Below, piece by piece: positions 30,258 to 40,010 of a DNA stretch of 64,000 bases. Origin of the DNA: Candidatus Baldrarchaeota archaeon (GTDB lineage: Archaea; Asgardarchaeota; Baldrarchaeia; Baldrarchaeales; DXJG01). How positions within the stretch are numbered: the first letter of the stretch is position 1; every line of letters starts with the position of its first letter. Made by a program: the position numbers and the translations under genes. The notes beneath the pieces are model-generated. The model searched no databases. It saw only the letters and a program-made list of their open reading frames with translations, and was not told the DNA's origin. Location: the NCBI GenBank assembly GCA_019056805.1, contig DXJG01000002.1, forward strand, positions 480,515-544,514. Direction: 5' to 3'.

Positions 30258-31331
30258 ATGGATGTAGAAGAAAGATTAAATTTGATTAAACGACCACCAA
30301 CAGAAGAAATAATAACAGAAGAGGAGTTAAGAGAGCTTCTAGAAACCACTACCCATCCTAAGCATTACATAGGATTTGAAATTTCCGGTTTATTACACTT
30401 AGGAACTTTAATAATATGTGGTTATAAGATAAATGACTTAGCAGAAGCTGGTGTTGACGTTACAGTTTATCTTGCAGATTGGCATAGTTTTATCAATAAA
30501 AAGCTAGGTGGAAACTGGGAAAACATTCTAAAGGCTGCAAAGTATTATGAGAAAGCTTTTAAATTCTTTTGTCCCAAAGCAAAAATTGTTCTTGGATCAG
30601 AATTATATCATCATAACGATGAGTATTGGAAAGATGTTATAAGATTCTCTTCGCATATAACGTTGGCCAGGAATGTACGTTGCCTAACAATAATGGGAAG
30701 AAGTGAAAAGGAAAAATTAAATTTTGCGCAATATATTTACCCGCCCATGCAAGCTGTGGATATAAAATATCTGGGTGAAGATATACCACATGGTGGGATG
30801 GATCAAAGAAAGGTTCATGTTTTAGCAAGAGAAGTATTTCCAAAACTTGGTTGGAAAAAACCCGTAGCACTTCATCATCATTTGTTAATGGGTTTGGCAG
30901 GACCACCGAGAATAAAAACTAAGGATAAATTAGAGAAAGTAATTGCAATGAAAATGAGTAAAAGCAAACCATGGACATGTATATTTATTCATGACTCTGA
31001 AGAACAAATAAAGAAAAAACTATTAAAAGCATGGTGTCCCGAGAGGCAGGTTGAATTCAACCCTGTATTAGAATTGGTTAAATACATAATTTTTCACGAA
31101 AAAAAGGAGTTCTTAGTTGAGAGGGAAAGTAAACATGGCGGAGATATAGTTTTTTCTTCTTATGAAGAGTTGGAAAAAGAATACATTAAAGGGAATCTCC
31201 ATCCTTTAGATTTGAAACTATCTGTCGCGCGAGAAATCTCAAATATACTAGATCCCATCAGGAAGTATTTTGAAAGACCATCAAATAGGAAATTGTTAAA
31301 CGTTTTTAAAGAAGTTAAAATTATAAGATAG
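30258..31331 (+). CDS. tyrS: tyrosyl-tRNA synthetase (archaeal type), HIGH motif reads HLGT
   Basis: IGFEISGLLHLGTL, YPPMQAVDIKYLGEDIPHGGMDQRKVH and KMSKSKP are present, plus the anticodon-binding C-terminus. Confidence 0.8.
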   Translation: MDVEERLNLIKRPPTEEIITEEELRELLETTTHPKHYIGFEISGLLHLGTLIICGYKINDLAEAGVDVTVYLADWHSFINKKLGGNWENILKAAKYYEKAFKFFCPKAKIVLGSELYHHNDEYWKDVIRFSSHITLARNVRCLTIMGRSEKEKLNFAQYIYPPMQAVDIKYLGEDIPHGGMDQRKVHVLAREVFPKLGWKKPVALHHHLLMGLAGPPRIKTKDKLEKVIAMKMSKSKPWTCIFIHDSEEQIKKKLLKAWCPERQVEFNPVLELVKYIIFHEKKEFLVERESKHGGDIVFSSYEELEKEYIKGNLHPLDLKLSVAREISNILDPIRKYFERPSNRKLLNVFKEVKIIR

Positions 31332-32679
31332 AAACTATATTTTTGATGGTTTTTCCAAAGTCTGTTAATTCCCAACATTCTTGATTATTTTTTCCGCTAA
31401 CTCGTCTAACAATACCGCTTTTTTCCATCGATTTTAGAAGTCGCATAATAAAATAGCCGTTTCTTCTTATGGAATTTTGAAGCTCGAGCGTTGTAAACTT
31501 AGAATTCATAATGTTAAGGTAGCTTAGTACTCTATATTTTCGATGAGATTTTAAAGCATATGCGAGTATATTGAATTGTTTGGAATCCTTAGGAAAGATT
31601 TGCATAATTTCAATTAAGCTGCGCCAGTTCAAGTACGAGGTCAAGATGAAAAGGTTTCTTGCTTTAGATTTTTTAATTTTACCTTTAATGTTCACATGAC
31701 TCAGTATTTTTTCATAATCTTTTATGTACTGTTCATTGCTTTCAAAAATTTGTAATCTCACATTTAAAGAATTGTTTTTGTCTCTATAACAATATACATT
31801 ACCATCTCCAAGTAACAGTCCTTGTAAAAAGAATTTTAGTATGTCCTTATCAGGATTAGATTTTGTTAAATATCTTCTAATTTCATTCATTGCATTATAG
31901 CAAAATTCCGCCAGTAAGGAATTTGTTACCCAAAGTTTAATTGTAAATTCTTTTACTCTTTCTATTTTTCTTGTGAAAATATTTTTGTTTGGAATTCCAA
32001 GTTTGATCAAAAATGACTTTACTTTTTTGACTTGATTAAACTTTGGATTTATTGAGATAGTCGCATTGAATAACGATATATCAATAAAAGTTTTAGATAG
32101 TTGAAGAAAGTCAGAAATGATTGTCAACGACTTATTAGTAAAGCTAAATTCCCTTCCCCTGCGCCGCTTTAGAATGGTTTTTCCCCCTTCCGCTTGTAGA
32201 TAACCCAACAATTTTGCAAAACTCTTCGAAACGTATCTGTTAAACACTATTTCTTTAGGTCTACCTTTAGCTGGATACCACAAAAATATATTATTTTTAT
32301 AACACCTACAACATATAGGAAAACCTGACATAGTTTTTTGGATTAAAAAGTAAAGTAGATCTATAGAATTCCCATTTAACATTTTAGTTGGTTTCTGTGC
32401 AGCTTCCACTTTTTTAATATGCATAGTGATGATTTGACCTTTTTTTAGTTGGAGAGCTTCTCTACACTTTTTGGGAATAATGATTCTCCTTCCCTTGGTG
32501 AAATAAGTAACAAAAAATTTAGTTCCAATATTCGTAGTTATTCCTATCTCCAAAAATCCATTGTTTATCTTATTTTGTATTTGAGCTGGTACCCAAATAC
32601 GATTACCTTTGTATACTAGTTTCAATTTCATACATATTTGTGGTTTTGAATTAATAAAAAGTCCACCATTTTGTATCAA
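31321..32679 (-). CDS. free-standing two-motif LAGLIDADG-family protein with N-terminal AbrB/SpoVT-like repeats and C-terminal winged helix
   Basis: Motif 1 is FAKLLGYLQAEGGK and motif 2 is FLQGLLLGDGNVY, about 105 aa apart. The N-terminus has NRIWVPAQIQ and GRRIIIPKKCREAL (swapped-hairpin-like). The C-terminus has a wHTH (NSIRRNGYFIMRLLKSMEKSGIVRRV). Confidence 0.6.
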   Translation of the reverse strand: MIQNGGLFINSKPQICMKLKLVYKGNRIWVPAQIQNKINNGFLEIGITTNIGTKFFVTYFTKGRRIIIPKKCREALQLKKGQIITMHIKKVEAAQKPTKMLNGNSIDLLYFLIQKTMSGFPICCRCYKNNIFLWYPAKGRPKEIVFNRYVSKSFAKLLGYLQAEGGKTILKRRRGREFSFTNKSLTIISDFLQLSKTFIDISLFNATISINPKFNQVKKVKSFLIKLGIPNKNIFTRKIERVKEFTIKLWVTNSLLAEFCYNAMNEIRRYLTKSNPDKDILKFFLQGLLLGDGNVYCYRDKNNSLNVRLQIFESNEQYIKDYEKILSHVNIKGKIKKSKARNLFILTSYLNWRSLIEIMQIFPKDSKQFNILAYALKSHRKYRVLSYLNIMNSKFTTLELQNSIRRNGYFIMRLLKSMEKSGIVRRVSGKNNQECWELTDFGKTIKNIVSIL

Positions 32680-32841
32680 TACTCGAAATTTTTTAATTTA
32701 TCAAAATCAAAGCTTGAACCTTATATTTATTTATAATCCCCCAGGAAGAGATAAAATTTTCAATACTTTTCGCTTTTCAGCAAGGAAAGTTTCGCTCTCC
32801 AAAAATATAAAAGAGAATATCTGTCTAATTTTTCTTACCTA

Positions 32842-33366
32842 TTATTTCTTCAATCTTTTCAATAATTGATGAATAAGATCTATTGCTGATTCCAATAAGG
32901 AAAGTTCATACTCTATTTGTTTTTTCAATTGTTCCTTATATTCTTTACGAGTAATCGGATCTGATATTTGATTTATTTTCTCGAACCTATTGACTAGCTT
33001 CCTAATCGATGGATATTTACTCAATATTTCCACATTTCTTTCCGTGTAGGGAGTTGATAATTGATGCACGTGTACACCCTTAGGTGAGACTTCCAATAGA
33101 AGTGTTAGATTACGAGATATTTGAAAATATCTTCTAGGCGGCCCCCCTTCCACTGGCTTTATAAAAGAGTCAATTAGTCCACATCGAAGAAGTTTATCTA
33201 TATATTTTTTAAGGACCCACCTATGCATATCCAGCTCTTCTATTAGTTGAGACCAATATTTTGGTTCATTAAGAGCTTGAAGTATTTTTAGACAGTTTCT
33301 ACCCGAAAGAGCCTTTAACAGCTCTATTATGTCCTCTAATTCTTTTTCGGACTCTCTATTGGTCAT
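32842..33366 (-). CDS. winged-HTH transcriptional regulator (ArsR/Phr-like)
   Basis: ALSGRNCLKILQALNEPKYWSQLIEELDMHRWVLKKYIDKLLRCGLI is the HTH. It is divergent from an Hsp20-like gene. Confidence 0.55.
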   Translation of the reverse strand: MTNRESEKELEDIIELLKALSGRNCLKILQALNEPKYWSQLIEELDMHRWVLKKYIDKLLRCGLIDSFIKPVEGGPPRRYFQISRNLTLLLEVSPKGVHVHQLSTPYTERNVEILSKYPSIRKLVNRFEKINQISDPITRKEYKEQLKKQIEYELSLLESAIDLIHQLLKRLKK

Positions 33367-33400
33367 TGCAGGGACCCTCTATGTTAGATAATAGAATCGT

Positions 33401-33470
33401 TACCTTTATATATGTATCACCTATTAGTGACCATAGTCACCTAATAGTGACATTTCCTATTAGGAGGTGA
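33401..33470. promoter_or_regulatory. TATA box plus three operator-like repeats (TCACCTATTAGTGA / TCACCTAATAGTGA / CCTATTAGGAGGTGA)
   Basis: A tttatata element sits at 33405-33412. Imperfect palindromic sites lie at 33417-33430, 33437-33450 and 33456-33470, the last overlapping the GGAGGTGA RBS of the downstream gene. Confidence 0.5.
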
Positions 33471-33476
33471 ATTCAA

Positions 33477-33956
33477 GTGGCAGACTGGGAAGATCCCCTA
33501 GAAAAAGAAATAAGAAAAATACTTGAAAAAATGATAAAAAACTTCACGATAATTTCAGAAATCGATCCAGGAGAGGCCCAATTTTTCGGTTATGAACGAA
33601 TAGAAATTACACTACCCAACGGTAAAAAGATAATTAAAGAACGAAGAACGCCCTCAATCAACAACCATCCAATACTGAATGTAATTAAAGAAAGCCAACC
33701 GGAACAAGATGTCTCAAGCTTTCTAAGCGATGTAATCCGAACACCAAACGAAGTTATAGTCATCGCCGAAGTACCTACACTTGACGAAAGAGACGTAAAT
33801 TTTGAAATCAAAGATGGAGCCGTTAGAATTTTCTGCAATGGTGAAATGATCCACGAAATTAAGATAGAAAACGATGTTGATCCTACCTCCATCAAAAAAG
33901 AATTCAAAAACAGAATCTTAGAGCTCAAAATACCCTTAAAAAAGAAATCCAAATAA
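33477..33956 (+). CDS. small heat shock protein (Hsp20/alpha-crystallin family)
   Basis: The alpha-crystallin domain reads VIVIAEVPTLDERDVNFEIKDGAVRIFCNGEM...VDPTSIKKEFKNRILELKIPLKK. A GTG start follows GGAGGTGA. Confidence 0.5.
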   Translation: MADWEDPLEKEIRKILEKMIKNFTIISEIDPGEAQFFGYERIEITLPNGKKIIKERRTPSINNHPILNVIKESQPEQDVSSFLSDVIRTPNEVIVIAEVPTLDERDVNFEIKDGAVRIFCNGEMIHEIKIENDVDPTSIKKEFKNRILELKIPLKKKSK

Positions 33957-34168
33957 CATCATTACTACATACAAAATTCACATTATTTTTAAACCGTAAG
34001 TTATCCAAACTTACAAAATTGAAAACTTATACCATTATATTTTTTAATCAAAATTAGTGTAACGTATTTTTCATATATTTTAATTTTGAGATGTAGTAAA
34101 TTTTAATATGCAAAAACGGAAAGGTATCTTGTACTGTTCAAAGAATTTTAAAAAGAAAAGTGGTAGCC

Positions 34169-35575
34169 ATGAACAATGAAAAACAGGTATCTGACCTTGA
34201 CAAATTCTTTAAAGCTAAATCTGTAGCTGTTATAGGAGCCTCCGCAACACCTGGTAAAATCGGATATGAGGTCCTTCGCAATCTTGCTTGTTTTGAATAT
34301 AAAGGCAAGATTTTTCCCGTTAATCCTAGAAGAAGCGAAATCCTAGGCCTAAAATGTTATCCATCAGTTCTCAACATACCTGAAAATATCGACCTAGCTG
34401 TCCTAGTTGTATCCGCAGAACTTACACCCAAGACTGTTGAAGAATGCGGAAAAAAAGGCATAAAAAACATCGTAATAATTTCCGGTGGTTTTAAAGAACT
34501 TGGAGAACGCGGAAAAGAACTAGAAGAAAAAACAGCAGAAATCGCCAAAAAATATGGAATTAGAATCATCGGACCAAACTGCATAGGAGTTTTTGATTCA
34601 AAAACAAGACTTGACACGTTCTTTCAAAGCAGAGAACGTATGATTAGACCTCCTCCAGGCCCTATAGCTTTTCTCACCCAAAGCGGCACTTATGGATGCG
34701 CTTTTCTTGAATGGGCCGCTGAAGAAGGCATAGGCATTAGTAAGTTCGTTAGCTACGGTAACAGAATCGATGTTGATGAAGCAGACCTATTACACTACTT
34801 AGCAATGGACGAGGACACAAAGGTAATTGCTATTTACATAGAAGGCTTAGGTGATGGTAGAAAATTTATTGAAGCCGCAAAATACGTTGCTAAGAAAAAA
34901 CCCATAATTGTTCTTAAAGGAGGCAGAACTAAGGAGGGCGCTAAAGCAGCTCAAAGCCACACAGGCTGGCTTGGCGGTGAAGACCGTGTTTACAGAGGAG
35001 CTTTCAAACAAGCAGGCATAATTTGGGCAGACACATTTGAAGAACTTTTCGATATGGCCAAAGCCTTAGCTATGCAACTTCCAGCCCAAGGTCCAAACGT
35101 TGCAATGGTAAGTAATGGAGCTGGACCCATGGTTCAAGCAGTTGACGCATGCGTCGAAAAAAATCTAAAAATAGCTAAACTTACCGAAAAAACAATAAAT
35201 ATCCTTAAAGAAAAACTCCCTCCCTACTATATCGTTAATAATCCCGTTGACGTAACTGGTAGCGCTAATAGTAAAGATTACAAAATTGTTCTTGAAACTC
35301 TTCTAGAAGATCCTAACGTACATATTTTGATGCCTTTCTTCGTCTTCCAAGATACACCTCTAGATGAAGGTATTCTCGATGTTATGAAAGAAATAAATGA
35401 AAAATCCAACAAACCCATCGTTGTTGGCGCTGCTGGTGGACCTTACACAAGAAAAATGTCAAAAGAATTAGAGAAAATAGGAGTTCCCGTTTATCCTATA
35501 CCTGAAAGGACCGTAGCGGCGGCATACGCCCTATATACTTATGGAAACATCAAAAAACGATCAAAATCTGAATAA
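34169..35575 (+). CDS. acetyl-CoA synthetase (ADP-forming), alpha subunit
   Basis: The CoA-binding fold KSVAVIGASATPGKIGYEVLRNL plus a succinyl-CoA-synthetase-like flavodoxin domain and the GxxxQSGxxG block (FLTQSGTYG). Confidence 0.75.
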   Translation: MNNEKQVSDLDKFFKAKSVAVIGASATPGKIGYEVLRNLACFEYKGKIFPVNPRRSEILGLKCYPSVLNIPENIDLAVLVVSAELTPKTVEECGKKGIKNIVIISGGFKELGERGKELEEKTAEIAKKYGIRIIGPNCIGVFDSKTRLDTFFQSRERMIRPPPGPIAFLTQSGTYGCAFLEWAAEEGIGISKFVSYGNRIDVDEADLLHYLAMDEDTKVIAIYIEGLGDGRKFIEAAKYVAKKKPIIVLKGGRTKEGAKAAQSHTGWLGGEDRVYRGAFKQAGIIWADTFEELFDMAKALAMQLPAQGPNVAMVSNGAGPMVQAVDACVEKNLKIAKLTEKTINILKEKLPPYYIVNNPVDVTGSANSKDYKIVLETLLEDPNVHILMPFFVFQDTPLDEGILDVMKEINEKSNKPIVVGAAGGPYTRKMSKELEKIGVPVYPIPERTVAAAYALYTYGNIKKRSKSE

Positions 35576-35624
35576 GTTGAAATCTGCCGATGTAAAGAAA
35601 TATACGTGGGGTGGTAGTTTTTCG

Positions 35625-35930
35625 TTATTCAAACCCGAATTTTTTCCTTAGTTCTTTAGACATCATACTTGGATTCCATGGCGGATCAAAAGTTAACTCT
35701 ACCTCAACTTCTTTAGCTCCAAGTTTCTTCACTGCATCCTCTACCTGTCTTGGTATCACTAAGGCTAAAGGACAGCCAACCGTTGTTAAAGTCATTTTAA
35801 CATAGACCTTTTCATCTTCAACCTTGACATCATATATTAAGCCTAAATCAACTACGCTTACACCTAATTCCGGGTCATATACATTTTTTAATGCTTCCAT
35901 TACCTGCTCTTTTGTAAGCATCAAAACCAC
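35625..35930 (-). CDS. DUF59 / MIP18-family Fe-S cluster assembly protein
   Basis: VYDPELGVSVVDLGLIYDV...TLTTVGCPLA is the DUF59 signature. Confidence 0.7.
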   Translation of the reverse strand: MVLMLTKEQVMEALKNVYDPELGVSVVDLGLIYDVKVEDEKVYVKMTLTTVGCPLALVIPRQVEDAVKKLGAKEVEVELTFDPPWNPSMMSKELRKKFGFE

Positions 35931-36213
35931 CTTTAAAATGGAAACTTACGGAAAATAGATAAACTTTTCTATGACCACTTTGAAAAGAAATAACATTCTC
36001 CGAAATTAAACGTGTTTTCAATTTAACATTGAACTTATCTAACGATTTCTTATGATGTTTGTACAGGTTTAATTGAATTGATCTTTCGTAAGATGTATAT
36101 TTGCGGCTTGGCAATATAATTTTGAATAACTAATTGTTCATTTAAAGATAAAGTCAGCTATAAAAAGGAGGCATAGTAGTAGTTATAAATTTGATATTTG
36201 GGAGGTGGAATAA

Positions 36214-36723
36214 ATGCTTATCGGCATTATTTCTGACACTCATGATCACCTAAATGCAATGGCAAAAGCTGTTAGTAAACTCAACGAATTGAAAGTCGAG
36301 TTAGTTATTCATTGTGGAGATTTTATTTCTCCTTTTGTTATAAGAGAGCTTGGAAAATTAAATTGCAAATTAATCGGTGTTTTTGGAAACAATGACGGAG
36401 ATAAATATACTCTTACTGAAAAGTTTTCTGGTCTTGGCTTTGAACTTCATGATGGACCACATACCCTTGAAATCGAAGGACTAAGATTTCTAGTTTTTCA
36501 TGGCTACCGTTCTCCAGATATGACCATTAACATTGCTTACAAGCTTGCTGAAACTGGTAAATATGATGTAGTTGCCTACGGTCATACTCACAAAGTTGAT
36601 CAACAGAAAATTGGAGAAACCCTTGTTCTAAATCCGGGTGAAGTTTGCGGCTATCTATCACATGTTTCCACCATAATGATTTTAGACACTAGAAGAATGG
36701 AAGTAAGAAAAATTACACTATAA
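36214..36723 (+). CDS. metallophosphoesterase (YfcE/MJ0936 family)
   Basis: ISDTHDH, GDFISP, GNND and GHTH metal-ligand motifs. Confidence 0.75.
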   Translation: MLIGIISDTHDHLNAMAKAVSKLNELKVELVIHCGDFISPFVIRELGKLNCKLIGVFGNNDGDKYTLTEKFSGLGFELHDGPHTLEIEGLRFLVFHGYRSPDMTINIAYKLAETGKYDVVAYGHTHKVDQQKIGETLVLNPGEVCGYLSHVSTIMILDTRRMEVRKITL

Positions 36724-36786
36724 AATAGAAAGAATTATTAACGAATTATAACTGTTAAATGAGAAATATGATGGAGAGCGATAATA

Positions 36787-37689
36787 GTGATCGTTGCAGT
36801 TCATGGCGATGATTGCGACGGTATATGTTCAGCAGCTCTTATTCTCTTAAAATTTCCAAACGCCAAAATAAAATTTCTGAATCCTAGAAGCATCTTTAAA
36901 GTCGATAAAGAATTCGATCTAGTTGTGGATCTCCCTAAACCAAAAAAGTGCAAAATAAACATAGATCACCACAAAAGCAACCTAGAAAGGCTAAAAAACG
37001 AAGGCTCGCTCACTTCACAAGATATAATTGACCCCGAAGCTCCTGCCGCAGCCCTTCTACTCATGAAATATCTAAACTTAGAGAAAAATGAAAAAGCCAA
37101 GGAAATCGTTGAAATAGCCGTCGCCGCCGACACTGCTAGACACACCGAAGAAACTCTAATTTTAGATAAAATCATTAAAGCATCTGAAAATAACGAGGAA
37201 AATCTCTTAAGAATTGCTAAAATCCTTGCCGAAAAAGGCAAAGACTTTTTAAGCGATGAGTGGCTGAAGGAAAAACAGAAAGAAATTGAAACAGAACTTC
37301 AAAAGATTAGAGCTTCCCTGGAGAATTTTGTCAATTCTCTAAGCGTCAATAGCGGATTTGTTATAGTTGACGAAATTGACGCAATTCCTTATCATTCAGC
37401 CAAAGATATTGCACATATGCTTTTAGATCGTGGTTGTGATGCTGTTGCTGTTCTCTATAGAGATATAACTGAACCTTCAAAAATTAGAATTTCCATTAGA
37501 GTTAGACGCGATAGCGAGGCATTAGATGCAGAAGAAGTTACCAAAAAGCTAGGCGGTGGAGGGCATAAAAAAGCAGCCGGAGCAATAACTACAAAGGTTG
37601 AAGAAGTGGTCTTTACACTTTTAAACGAGTTTTCTGAAAGATCTCCTACGAGATCGGTAGTATTTGTAAAGCTTCCTAAAATTCCATAA
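36787..37689 (+). CDS. DHH/DHHA1 phosphoesterase (NrnA-like)
   Basis: The N-terminus HGDDCDGICSAA is DHH motif I/II-like. The C-terminal GGGGHKKAAG is the DHHA1 signature. A GTG start. Confidence 0.6.
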   Translation: MIVAVHGDDCDGICSAALILLKFPNAKIKFLNPRSIFKVDKEFDLVVDLPKPKKCKINIDHHKSNLERLKNEGSLTSQDIIDPEAPAAALLLMKYLNLEKNEKAKEIVEIAVAADTARHTEETLILDKIIKASENNEENLLRIAKILAEKGKDFLSDEWLKEKQKEIETELQKIRASLENFVNSLSVNSGFVIVDEIDAIPYHSAKDIAHMLLDRGCDAVAVLYRDITEPSKIRISIRVRRDSEALDAEEVTKKLGGGGHKKAAGAITTKVEEVVFTLLNEFSERSPTRSVVFVKLPKIP

Positions 37690-37896
37690 TTAAATTATTA
37701 TATTAATGGTCATATATTTGGTAATTGGTCTTAATTTCAAAAAGTATTCTAACTATTTTATTTTCCTAAACTAATTATATGGAAAGATATTTATGGTATT
37801 GTGTTAACGTTTACTTGTATCTTAAGGGGGAGAAAAAATTATATCATCGTAACTATCAAAAACTACTATTCAAATAAATCAAGTTGGGGTTCAGGG

Positions 37897-38121
37897 ATGA
37901 AAAGCGAAATAAAGAAAATACTAAGTAAATTAAAGCTTAAAGGGATCTCGGTAGCACTTTTATTTATAGCTACAGGTATTTTCCTAGGTAGCTTGTTCGT
38001 TATAGCTGGAATTTTAAAGGTAGCACCCCTTCAAAAAACATTCACCTTGGTCTCAGCCTTCATAGTTTTCATCGTTTCCGCTATATTTGCATGGGTTGGA
38101 GACATTATTGAAGAATCTTAA
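37897..38121 (+). CDS. small two-TM membrane protein (start at MKSEIKK inside listed ORF)
   Basis: GGGTTCAGGG precedes the ATG. Two hydrophobic helices. Confidence 0.35.
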   Translation: MKSEIKKILSKLKLKGISVALLFIATGIFLGSLFVIAGILKVAPLQKTFTLVSAFIVFIVSAIFAWVGDIIEES

Positions 38122-38134
38122 GTGAGGTATATTT

Positions 38135-38629
38135 ATGAGTGTAAAAAGATTTTTTGCAAAGCATGGTTTTATCACAAACGGTATGCGTGTTAATCTCATA
38201 GGAGAAAAATTTTATACATTAATGGTAGGTATAGCCGACCTACTTAAAGAGAACTTTGGAGAGAAGGGTGAGCAACTACTTATCGATCTTCTAAGAAAAT
38301 TTGGAGAAGAAGATGGAAAAAGATTAAAAGAAGAGCTAAAGCTCGGCAACGATATAAACGATGCCGCTGATGCATGGATTATTATGGGTAACATTTTCAA
38401 AGTCAAAATGTTTACCCGCAAAACTAGCGATAAGGAAATAGAGTTTTACCATCCAAATTGCCCTATGTGGAACTTTTTTAAATCCAAAGGAAAAATATAC
38501 TGCGAAACTCTATGCTTACCCTATGTTGAGTCAGTTGTTAAAGCCATTGCCCCAAATATCGATATGGAGATTGTTCATCCACCTACAATTGAACGTACCT
38601 GCGTCAAAAAACTAGTCGTCAAAAGTTAG
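38135..38629 (+). CDS. V4R-domain (Bet3/TRAPP-fold) protein
   Basis: NGMRVNLIGEKFYTLMVGIADLLKENFGEKGEQLLIDLLRKFGEEDGKRL fits the V4R N-terminal pattern. The conserved Cys cluster HPNCPMW...CETLC is in the C-terminal half. Confidence 0.4.
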   Translation: MSVKRFFAKHGFITNGMRVNLIGEKFYTLMVGIADLLKENFGEKGEQLLIDLLRKFGEEDGKRLKEELKLGNDINDAADAWIIMGNIFKVKMFTRKTSDKEIEFYHPNCPMWNFFKSKGKIYCETLCLPYVESVVKAIAPNIDMEIVHPPTIERTCVKKLVVKS

Positions 38630-39190
38630 CTTCGGATATCTACCAAACTTTTTTCTAAATTCCTCCACATAGTATTGCAAGGTACGAGCTGAAAAACGAC
38701 TTCTATCTATTTTCAATTTTTGTATAATATCCTCTATATCTTCTTTATTTCCCTCTACCTCAATAAAGGACCCTATCTCTGGAAAAATATCCAACATTAT
38801 TTTTACTTTTTTATCTTTAAACTCGTATATTTCCCTGATTCTATCCACTCTGAACACTTGTTTAAAACCAAGATGTTCAAAAATCTTAATCGCGTTAAAA
38901 CCATCACTAACATGAACTTCAACTTCTTCTCTAACCTTGTATTTTTTATCGGCTATTCTAGGACCTTTAAAAGTTATCATACCCTCGCCATTCTCAAAAA
39001 CCCGTATTCTAAAAACGTAATCTTTCCTTTGAAACTCTCTATTTCCATAGTCAAAACTAAAATCCCTAATCAAATTTTTAAAAACCAATTTCCCACCAAT
39101 AGTCCTTATCTTTTTCCGCACTTCTTCTACATCGTCAACTTTCGCTTTAACTTCAATTTCCATATTATTGTAAAAACCATCACCAAACAT
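38612..39190 (-). CDS. CYTH-domain protein (class IV adenylyl cyclase / triphosphate tunnel metalloenzyme family)
   Basis: The N-terminal MEIEVKAKV (ExExK) motif and repeated acidic/basic beta-strand pattern. Confidence 0.6.
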   Translation of the reverse strand: MFGDGFYNNMEIEVKAKVDDVEEVRKKIRTIGGKLVFKNLIRDFSFDYGNREFQRKDYVFRIRVFENGEGMITFKGPRIADKKYKVREEVEVHVSDGFNAIKIFEHLGFKQVFRVDRIREIYEFKDKKVKIMLDIFPEIGSFIEVEGNKEDIEDIIQKLKIDRSRFSARTLQYYVEEFRKKFGRYPKLTFDD

Positions 39191-39246
39191 TTTAACTTTC
39201 TCTTATCAACTACTCACATTACTATCCAAAATACGACTTCGCAAGC

Positions 39247-39825
39247 TTACACTGACTGATATTTCCTGATTGCGTATATTAATAATTGTGCTAATTCCTG
39301 AAATGCTGGCTGTACATTTTCACCGGTTTTGGCGGAAGTCTCTATAAAAACTATCGGAACGTCAAATTTTTCCTCTAAATATCTTTTTAGTATTTGTCCT
39401 TCCTCGTTGCTGACCCAGTCACGGCTTGGATCTGGTGGTGTATCTATCTTAGGTCTAAGATCTATTTTATTTCCAACTAAAACTACTGGTACTTTTCCAG
39501 TATTTTTCACTAACTCTTCCATCCAAAAGACTGTATTCTTAAAGGTACTTCTTCTCATTACATCATAAACAAGTAATGCTCCACTTGTGCCTCTATAAAA
39601 GGATTCTCTTACTGCTTTGAAGTGTGGTTGTCCAGCTAAGTCCCATATTTGAAACTTAACCTGAACCTCATCAGATAACTTGATATCCATCACTGCAAAG
39701 TCAGCACCAATAGTCATTATATATGCACTGTCGAAACCTTCGCCCATAAATTTTCGTCTAAGTGCCGTTTTTCCGACACCACCATCGCCAATTAAGACAA
39801 CTTTGAAAAGATAACTGTTTTTCAT
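39247..39825 (-). CDS. Ras/Rab-like small GTPase (tandem copy A)
   Basis: GDGGVGKTA, TIGADF, WDLAGQPHF, GNKIDL and ETSAKTG motifs. GGAGG precedes the ATG. Confidence 0.8.
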   Translation of the reverse strand: MKNSYLFKVVLIGDGGVGKTALRRKFMGEGFDSAYIMTIGADFAVMDIKLSDEVQVKFQIWDLAGQPHFKAVRESFYRGTSGALLVYDVMRRSTFKNTVFWMEELVKNTGKVPVVLVGNKIDLRPKIDTPPDPSRDWVSNEEGQILKRYLEEKFDVPIVFIETSAKTGENVQPAFQELAQLLIYAIRKYQSV

Positions 39826-40010
39826 GACCTATACCTCGCACCCCGTCCTCCAGTAAGGTTGGGGTTAATAAAGTTATTACGATAAAGATTATAAATTTTT
39901 TGATAACGTAAAGCCTCATTTAAACGTAAAATTTGAGGAAATCTAAAAAATAGAACCGTTATTTTGCGAGAGGTTCAATGTTTAAATAAAGACAAAATAA
40001 ATTAAATAAA

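Noticed and set aside
38720-39259. 179-aa + strand ORF (Phe/Asn/Ile-rich)
   Set aside because: It is antisense to the CYTH gene, and its composition reflects an AT-rich antisense frame.
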